NCBI RefSeq assembly: GCF_000025925.1
Contig: NC_014033.1
Span: 2,850,001 to 2,882,000 of the forward strand
DNA length: 32,000 bases
Origin: Xylanibacter ruminicola 23
Lineage (GTDB): Bacteria > Bacteroidota > Bacteroidia > Bacteroidales > Bacteroidaceae
Reading direction: 5' to 3'
Shown here: piece by piece, positions 1 to 5,101 of the stretch
How the letters are laid out: every line of letters starts with the position of its first letter
Position numbering within the stretch: position 1 is the stretch's first letter
The notes under the pieces: generated by a model
Database searches by the model: none
Told to the model about the DNA's origin: nothing
The model's input: only the letters and a program-made list of their open reading frames with translations
Made by a program: the position numbers and the translations under genes

Positions 1-321
1 GCCCGAGATGAATCATGGAATAGTTGAATAAAGCAATACATATAGTGATATTATAAAAAAAGATAGCGACTTTGCTGTCTGTCGCCCGTTTGAATGTTGC
101 GCCAGCAGGCGCGGATGAAGAGAAAAATTGGTTTATGGCGGCAAAAGTACGGAGATTATGCGGAATCGACCATACCAAATTGTACAAACGCATTACAAAT
201 GAAGCGCAAGTTCATTACATATGAATGCAAGACACATTACAAATTGTACAAAACGTGTAAGAAACGATGTAAGAACCATCGCAAAAATACTTCATTTATC
301 CCAAAAACTTTACCATTTGTA

Positions 322-1425
322 TCATTTTGTCGTTTTGGGACTCAATCCTTCGTTTTCAAGTTTTTTCTTAGCGCGATAGTAGGCCGTGTATGACGAGAAG
401 CCCGATGCAAGAGCAGCAGATTCCTTGGTTTCGTTAGGGTGTTGAGACAGATATTGCTCGTAGTGAGTCAGTCGTAGACTGTTCACATAGTTGGCGAATG
501 AGCTGAAATGGCAACGGAAAGTAAGCGAGACATTGGTTCGGCCGAGATGCGTGTGAGCCACGACATCATCGAGCTTCAGGTGACTGTCAAGATAAGCACG
601 CTGGCCTTTGACGTATTCCTCTATCTCGATAGCAGTTTGTTCTATCTGTTCATTCTTGTTATCATCAGTCGGTTCTTCGTGGCATTCGGTTATGTCGGCT
701 TCCGATGACGAGAGAATGGTCTTGCGTCGCCAAGCAGGCATGACGTTGAGCAGCAATAGGATGTTGGATGCCGCCAAGAGCACGTTATCAATGGCCATCC
801 ACAATGGCGAGTCCCAAATGTAGGCGGGCCAAAGCAGCGGTGTGAAGAGTACAGGGGCGAGCCAGACACGACGGGCATAGTCAGCAGGGAAGTCATCAGG
901 GTTGGAATAGTTCTGGTCGCGCGCCTCTTCCATCCAGTGTTTCACCTGCCACATGGCAAGCCCGGAATAAACCATCATGATGATACTCTCAATGAGTACC
1001 ACGTAGTTCCAGATGCGCAACCCTTGGGCATTTAGAATTCCTGAGGGAAACCAGGCATCGACGGCGGGTACGAGCATGGTGGCGACAACTATCAGCGCTG
1101 CTGCCCAACTTACGGTTTTCCACTGGTTCCATTGCTTTACCGAGCCGAAGAAACAGAGTAGCAGCACGCCACAGTAGAAATAGTAACAGGCCGGGAAGTA
1201 TGATTTTTCCAGCATCCATGCCGACGGACTAGCCGGGTTGATGATGTATGGTAGAAGGATGGTGGCGCAAAGGTAGATAAGACACTGTAGTTTGCGATCG
1301 GGCCAGATATATTTGTGGCGTTCCTTGGGGGCGCGACAGGTGTGGAACCATCGTACCGCAGAAAATGTCCAGCAAGTGGTCAGATACATCAGTGCTGCCA
1401 ATCCGTAAAAATAGTATTCGCTCAT
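322..1425 (-). CDS. Membrane-anchored AraC-family HTH transcriptional regulator
   Basis: 367-aa ORF. The N-terminal ~250 aa is a series of hydrophobic helices (YFYGLAALMYLTTCWTF, LQCLIYLCATILLPYII, YYFYCGVLLLCFFG, AAALIVVATMLVPAV, VVLIESIIMMVYSGLAMW, WLAPVLFTPLLWPAYIW, AASNILLLLNVMPAW). The C-terminal ~100 aa resembles an AraC-type HTH unit (LKLDDVVAHTHLGRTNVSLTFR...FANYVNSLRLTHYEQYL...SAALASGFSSYTAYYRAKKK). A -7 box lies 40 nt upstream. Confidence 0.7.
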   Translation of the reverse strand: MSEYYFYGLAALMYLTTCWTFSAVRWFHTCRAPKERHKYIWPDRKLQCLIYLCATILLPYIINPASPSAWMLEKSYFPACYYFYCGVLLLCFFGSVKQWNQWKTVSWAAALIVVATMLVPAVDAWFPSGILNAQGLRIWNYVVLIESIIMMVYSGLAMWQVKHWMEEARDQNYSNPDDFPADYARRVWLAPVLFTPLLWPAYIWDSPLWMAIDNVLLAASNILLLLNVMPAWRRKTILSSSEADITECHEEPTDDNKNEQIEQTAIEIEEYVKGQRAYLDSHLKLDDVVAHTHLGRTNVSLTFRCHFSSFANYVNSLRLTHYEQYLSQHPNETKESAALASGFSSYTAYYRAKKKLENEGLSPKTTK

Positions 1426-1464
1426 TGTCGTCTCAAAAAGATTAGTGTTCTATGAACACGGATA

Positions 1465-1472
1465 CAAAATTA
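1465..1472 (-). promoter_or_regulatory. Bacteroidota-type -7 promoter box (TAATTTTG on minus strand) for the AraC-like gene
   Basis: Plus-strand CAAAATTA is minus TAATTTTG, which matches the TAnnTTTG consensus. It sits 40 nt upstream of the ATG at 1425. Confidence 0.4.
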
Positions 1473-1653
1473 CAACAATTTTGGGAAATATCGTTACACT
1501 TTCGTCAGTTTAACATAATTTTTGACAATTTTGTGGCATTTTGATATAAAAACCGAGAAAAACATAGAATTAAGAAGCAAATCCGCCCTTATTAATTACT
1601 GACATTGTACTCCAAACATATAGTGCATCCGAGGTACAATGACCTTGACCATT

Positions 1654-2034
1654 TTAACCACCCGTCTGGCGAATCTGTGGCAGCACCTCGCTGGTAACCC
1701 ACCGCTTAAAGGCTTTGGCCTGTGGAAGCTTTGAAGAGAGAATCAGTGAGTAGAGACCACTTTCGTTGATGATAACTACTTTCGATTTATAGTTAGAACC
1801 AGTCCCCTGAATCAGGGTAGTGGTTTTATCTTCGATATCAACATGTGTGGAAATAGCGTTTTCAGGTTTGCTATCCCCCAGCGCCAGTGCCACATCTTTG
1901 CCAACAAAGAAAGTCTCGGGTTTCGTAGGCACCGTCGCGAATCGCGAGGGTGCCCTGAATCGGGGCCCCCCGCGACCGGTGGTCATGGTGGTCAAGGTCA
2001 AAGTGGTCATTTTCGATTTCGGAAACGCGGTCAT
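1654..2034 (-). CDS. Bro-N domain protein, short and possibly truncated (phage or mobile-element antirepressor-like fragment)
   Basis: The core ETFFVGKDVALALGDSKPENAISTHVDIEDK...INESGLYSLILSSKLPQAKAFKRWVTSEVLPQIRQTGG matches the Bro-N pattern (WFVAKDVA..LGY, ESGLYSLI..S..P.A..F..WV...VLP.IRKTG). The ORF stops right after the domain. The first ~20 codons (MTTLTLTTMTTG) are just the translation of a TGACC word array, so the true start is uncertain. Confidence 0.55.
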   Translation of the reverse strand: MTAFPKSKMTTLTLTTMTTGRGGPRFRAPSRFATVPTKPETFFVGKDVALALGDSKPENAISTHVDIEDKTTTLIQGTGSNYKSKVVIINESGLYSLILSSKLPQAKAFKRWVTSEVLPQIRQTGG

Positions 2035-2138
2035 TGCTCACTATATATAAATAGAATATTTATATTATAGTGGCGGAATTTGACAGTTGGTTTTCGATTT
2101 TGACCAAAATGACTTTGACCATCGCGACCGCGGCCCCG
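1961..2138. repeat. Imperfect inverted repeat of GGTCA(A/T) and (A/T)TGACC words with GC clamps, around an AT-rich core
   Basis: Left arm 1961-2023: CGGGGCC, then GGTCAT 1981, GGTCAA 1990, GGTCAA 1996, GGTCAT 2005, TTTTCGAT 2010. Right arm 2089-2138: TTTTCGAT 2091, TTGACC 2100, TTGACC 2115, GGCCCCG 2132. The core at 2041-2070 is CTATATATAAATAGAATATTTATATTATAG. Confidence 0.5.
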
Positions 2139-2145
2139 AAGTGAC

Positions 2146-2177
2146 ATTAAACATGAAACATGAAAGATTAAACATTA
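2146..2177 (-). repeat. 32-nt element, inverted copy of 22037-22068 (31/32 identical)
   Basis: ATTAAACATGAAACATGAAAGATTAAACATTA is the reverse complement of TAATGTTTAATCTTTCATGTTTAATGTTTAAT at 22037-22068, apart from one base. Confidence 0.8.
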
Positions 2178-2206
2178 AGCATTCGTGAACCGCAATGCCA
2201 ATGTCG

Positions 2207-2214
2207 TACCTTTG
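2207..2214 (+). promoter_or_regulatory. -7 promoter box TACCTTTG upstream of the HU-like gene
   Basis: Matches TAnnTTTG and sits ~140 nt upstream of the ATG at 2354, which implies a long leader. Confidence 0.35.
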
Positions 2215-2353
2215 CATTGTTGATTTGAGAGAAGAAATATACGCGCCCACGAGAAAAAATTTACGGGCCCACGGGGGAGGCGGATTTTCGATCGAAATGA
2301 GACGTTAGGAGAATGTAAAAATTTAAAAATTAAAGAATTTAACATTAAAGATT

Positions 2354-2884
2354 ATGGCATTGAAAGTAAAAGCTAAGGAACAGTTGCAGAACATCGGCAA
2401 GTATGCTGGTAAGTATCGTTACGTGATGATGCCGGAGCTGTACACGGCTCTGACTCAGGACAAGGTGATTAAGGAGGCTGCCCTGCGCAGCGGCGTGAGC
2501 AAGGGTGTGATGCAGGCCTGCTGGGATGCGGCTGGCGAGGTGATTAAGGCATGGGCCACCGAAGGCCACTCGGTTGCGCTGCCCGGACTGGGTACCATGC
2601 GATTCGGCTTGCGCGCCAAGAGCGTTGAGAAGGTGGACGAGGTGAAGGCCGGACTGATTTCGAGTCGTCGCATTATCTTTACCCCCGACACCGATCTGAA
2701 GGAGGAGCTGTCGAAGACGGCCGTGCAGATTACCTGTTTTGACCGCGACGGCAAGGAGGTGAAGCGTGTGACCAGTACCGACGATGGTAACGTGGAGGAC
2801 CCCGACCAGCCTACCAATGGCGACAACGGTGGAAACACCGGAGGCGGAAACCAGGGCGGCGGCCACGAACCTATCGGAGACTAA
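2354..2884 (+). CDS. HU-family (Bacteroidales HU-like) DNA-binding protein with a Gly/Asn-rich C-terminal tail
   Basis: 176 aa. MALKVKAKEQL...GKYRYVMMPELYTALTQDKVIKEAALRSGVSKGVMQACWDAAGEVIKAWATEGHSVALPGLGTMRFGLRAKSV...RRIIFTP is the pattern of the Bacteroidales HU-like DNA-binding protein family. The tail DGNVEDPDQPTNGDNGGNTGGGNQGGGHEP is low complexity. Confidence 0.8.
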   Translation: MALKVKAKEQLQNIGKYAGKYRYVMMPELYTALTQDKVIKEAALRSGVSKGVMQACWDAAGEVIKAWATEGHSVALPGLGTMRFGLRAKSVEKVDEVKAGLISSRRIIFTPDTDLKEELSKTAVQITCFDRDGKEVKRVTSTDDGNVEDPDQPTNGDNGGNTGGGNQGGGHEPIGD

Positions 2885-2890
2885 GTTTTA

Positions 2891-2996
2891 GGCACGGATG
2901 ACACGGATTTACACGGATTAATTAAGTCCTCGGATGATAATAATTCGTGTAATTCGCGAAATTCGTGCCAAGAAAAAATCCGTGTAATCCGTGCCA
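2891..2996. repeat. Array of CACGGAT(T) words followed by their complements AAT(C/T)CGTG; the outer arms can form a 19-bp stem
   Basis: Left half: GGCACGGAT 2891, ACACGGATT 2901, ACACGGATT 2911, CTCGGAT 2929, at a 10-nt period. Right half: AATTCGTGT 2942, AATTCGCG 2951, AATTCGTGCC 2960, AATCCGTGT 2978, AATCCGTGCC 2987. Positions 2891-2909 pair with 2978-2996 with one mismatch. Confidence 0.7.
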
Positions 2997-3024
2997 AATT
3001 ATTAACCATCAAAAATTAAACATT

Positions 3025-3126
3025 ATGAGTAAGAGAGAAACCATCAAGTTTATCGTGCAAATGATTGCAAGTATCGCTACGGCGATAGTAACGGCGCTGG
3101 GTGCTACCAGCTGCATGGGATATTGA
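3025..3126 (+). CDS. 33-aa small hydrophobic protein, smalltalk-like (below the ORF-track size cutoff)
   Basis: ATG 3025, TGA 3124-3126. It translates to MSKRETIKFIVQMIASIATAIVTALGATSCMGY: a charged N-terminus, one helix and a C-terminal SCMGY. It lies directly downstream of an HU-like gene, as I recall for the ~30-aa Bacteroidales family that NCBI names smalltalk protein. An A-rich leader AAAAATTAAACATT precedes the ATG. Confidence 0.6.
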   Translation: MSKRETIKFIVQMIASIATAIVTALGATSCMGY

Positions 3127-3158
3127 CCAGTGTAAGCATGGTAGAAACCGACACTATG

Positions 3159-3196
3159 GGAGGACCGACATTCAAGCCATTGGATGCCGGTTCTTC
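3159..3196 (+). terminator. Stem-loop after the small ORF (9-bp stem including two G:U pairs), followed by TTTGTATATAT
   Basis: GGAGGACCG 3159-3167 pairs with CGGTTCTTC 3188-3196. It shares 15-nt and 8-nt blocks with the hairpin at 9848-9882. Confidence 0.4.
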
Positions 3197-3234
3197 TTTG
3201 TATATATGCCCTGCAGATGGGGCTATTCATCTGA

Positions 3235-3277
3235 AAAAAATGCAAATTGAGGAAGTATCTTTTAAAAAATGCAAATT
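3235..3277 (+). promoter_or_regulatory. Two perfect copies of AAAAAATGCAAATT spaced 29 nt apart; candidate operator of the mannose cluster
   Basis: Copies at 3235-3248 and 3264-3277, immediately upstream of or overlapping candidate -7 boxes TAATTTTG (3277-3284) and TACTTTTG (3304-3311). Confidence 0.4.
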
Positions 3278-3303
3278 AATTTTGTTTATTCTTTATAGGG
3301 ATA

Positions 3304-3311
3304 TACTTTTG
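3304..3311 (+). promoter_or_regulatory. -7 promoter box TACTTTTG for the PMI-like/ROK/GH92/MFS cluster
   Basis: Matches TAnnTTTG, 47 nt upstream of the ATG at 3358. An alternative box, TAATTTTG, lies at 3277-3284. Confidence 0.4.
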
Positions 3312-3357
3312 CAAACCGAAACAACATGTGCTGAACATACTGGACTTAAAATAAATA

Positions 3358-5079
3358 ATGAGAAAATCAAATTATGACAAGTTTCCTTCGACCAAGTTTG
3401 AGGGGAATATCTTACAGGGATGGGATGCCATCATGGCCCAGCTGAAAGGGGCTATAAAGGGCAACGCAATGTGTATCGACCTATATACGGGCGTGTATGA
3501 AAACGAGATCATCGAGGCTTTTTCGGGATGGGGAAAGATTATCAATACCCGCGACCTGATGAAGCCCGAAGAGGAAATCAGGAAGATGACCGAACCGTTT
3601 ATGACCGACGATGTGCTGTTTGGCTACATCACCAACCTGAAAATGGTCGATTTCTTCAGCGAAGAGAAACTGCGCGCCGCCAGCAACGAACTGGCAACAG
3701 CCACAGTGCCTACAGTAGTGATTGGTATTGGCGCCTGCCTGGTAGCCCCTGCCAACGCATTGAAGGTGTATGTGGACATGGCCCGCTGGGAGATACAGCA
3801 GCGATTCCGTAGGCACGAGGTGATGGCGCTGGGCGTTGACAACCGCGAGGATGCCGTGTCGATCCAATACAAACGCGGATTGTTTATCGACTGGCGCGTA
3901 CTCGACAAGTACAAAGACAAGCTCTTTACAAGCATCGACTGGTGGTTGGACACCCATATCGCAGGCGAACCCAAGATGATTGACAGCAGTACCTTTTTTC
4001 AGGGCATCGAGAAAACCTCGAAAACGCCCTTCCGCGTGGTACCTTTCTTCGACCCAGCTCCATGGGGCGGCCAGTGGATGAAAGAGGTGTGCGACCTGGA
4101 CCGCTCGAAAACCAACTTCGGCTGGTGTTTCGACTGTGTGCCCGAGGAGAACAGTCTGCTGTTCGAGGTGAACGGCGTGCGTTTCGAGCTGCCCTCGGTC
4201 GATCTGGTGCTGCTGAAGAGCCGACCATTGCTCGGTGAGCCTGTAGAGGCCCGTTTTGGCAAGGATTTTCCGATTCGTTTCGACTTTCTCGACACCATGG
4301 GCGGTGGCAATCTGAGTTTGCAGGTGCATCCCACCACCCAGTTTATCCGCGAGAATTTCGGCATGTACTATACACAGGACGAGAGCTACTATCTGCTGGA
4401 TGCCGGAGAGGATGCTGTGGTGTATCTGGGACTGAAAGAAGGTATCGACAAGGATGCGATGATCGACGACCTGCGTAAGGCTCAGAAAGGCGGTTTTGTG
4501 TTCGACACCGAGAAATATGTGAATAAGATTAAGGCCAAGAAGCACGACCACTTTCTGATTCCTGGCGGAACGGTGCATTGCTCGGGTGCTGAGAGCATGG
4601 TGCTGGAAATCAGTTCGACGCCAAACATTTTCACCTTTAAGCTGTGGGACTGGCAACGACTGGGGCTGGACGGCAAACCGCGCCCCATCAACGTGGAACG
4701 TGGAAAGGATGTGATCGACTGGGGCCGCGACACGCAGTATGTATATCAACATCTGCGCAATCAGTTTGAAACCCTTGCCGAGGGCGACGGATGGCAGGAG
4801 GAGCGCACGGGACTGCATCGCAATGAGTTTATCGAAACCCGTCGCCACACCTTCAGCAAGTCCGTGCATCATACCACCAACGGCAGTGTGAATGTATTCA
4901 ACCTGCTGGAAGGCGATGAGGCCATCATCGAGAGTCCCACCCAAGCCTTCGAGCCATTCGTTGTGCACTATGCCGAAACATTTATCATCCCTGCCTGCGT
5001 AGGCGAATATACCATCCGCCCTTATGGCGCCTCGGAGGGTAAGACATGCGTCACCATCAAAGCATACGTGCGTTGCTAA
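3358..5079 (+). CDS. Long-form class I mannose-6-phosphate isomerase-like protein (cupin core plus ~220-aa N-terminal extension)
   Basis: 573 aa. GGGNLSLQVHPT at about residue 316-326 is the type I PMI zinc-site motif (LS.QVHP). FRVVPFFDPAPWGGQW resembles the PMI N-terminal W-G motif. HFLIPGGTVHCSG resembles the second His ligand region. Sits with a kinase, GH92 and a permease. Confidence 0.7.
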   Translation: MRKSNYDKFPSTKFEGNILQGWDAIMAQLKGAIKGNAMCIDLYTGVYENEIIEAFSGWGKIINTRDLMKPEEEIRKMTEPFMTDDVLFGYITNLKMVDFFSEEKLRAASNELATATVPTVVIGIGACLVAPANALKVYVDMARWEIQQRFRRHEVMALGVDNREDAVSIQYKRGLFIDWRVLDKYKDKLFTSIDWWLDTHIAGEPKMIDSSTFFQGIEKTSKTPFRVVPFFDPAPWGGQWMKEVCDLDRSKTNFGWCFDCVPEENSLLFEVNGVRFELPSVDLVLLKSRPLLGEPVEARFGKDFPIRFDFLDTMGGGNLSLQVHPTTQFIRENFGMYYTQDESYYLLDAGEDAVVYLGLKEGIDKDAMIDDLRKAQKGGFVFDTEKYVNKIKAKKHDHFLIPGGTVHCSGAESMVLEISSTPNIFTFKLWDWQRLGLDGKPRPINVERGKDVIDWGRDTQYVYQHLRNQFETLAEGDGWQEERTGLHRNEFIETRRHTFSKSVHHTTNGSVNVFNLLEGDEAIIESPTQAFEPFVVHYAETFIIPACVGEYTIRPYGASEGKTCVTIKAYVRC

Positions 5080-5101
5080 TTTTTAAAACCACTATTATAT
5101 T

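Noticed and set aside
1-27. Possible C-terminal end of a plus-strand gene (ARDESWNS*), or a minus-strand gene start at 16-14 (MIHLG...)
   Set aside because: Only 5-8 codons are visible, which is too little to support a feature. It is mentioned only as context for the upstream repeats.
94-393. 99-aa plus-strand ORF (K/R/C-rich, MLRQQARMKRKIGLWRQKYG...)
   Set aside because: The composition is typical of translated AT-rich intergenic DNA. It runs through the repeated operator-like words and overlaps the 3' end of the well-supported AraC-like gene. No recognisable motif.
2065-2250. 61-aa minus-strand ORF containing CLMFNLSCFMFNV
   Set aside because: The peptide is simply the translation of the 32-nt ATGTTTAAT-word repeat and of the TGACC word array. 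It spans a candidate promoter region and has no protein-like features.
2345-2866. 173-aa and 127-aa minus-strand ORFs antisense to the HU-like gene
   Set aside because: These are shadow ORFs on the opposite strand of a gene with clear family motifs. Their composition is Ala/Leu/His/Gly-rich and repetitive, typical of antisense frames.
1654-3126. Calling the Bro-N/HU-like/smalltalk region an intact prophage or integrative element
   Set aside because: No integrase, transposase, capsid, terminase or tRNA-flanked att structure is visible. Only fragments and repeats are present, so it is described as a remnant or conserved cassette rather than a mobile_element feature.
3009-3377. 78-aa minus ORF (3009-3245) and 84-aa plus ORF (3123-3377) in the smalltalk-to-PMI intergenic region
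   Set aside because: Both run across the terminator-like hairpin and the direct-repeat/promoter region. The minus ORF's hydrophobic part is the antisense image of the small smalltalk-like ORF, which has the better genomic context (A-rich leader, position after the HU-like gene).
3481-4968. 495-aa minus-strand ORF antisense to the PMI-like gene, plus several 83-121-aa ORFs in other frames
   Set aside because: It is a long stop-free antisense frame inside a gene with strong third-position GC bias. It has no motifs and is rich in Leu/Val/His/Gln/Ala, as expected for shadow ORFs. The plus-strand frame carries the PMI zinc motif.
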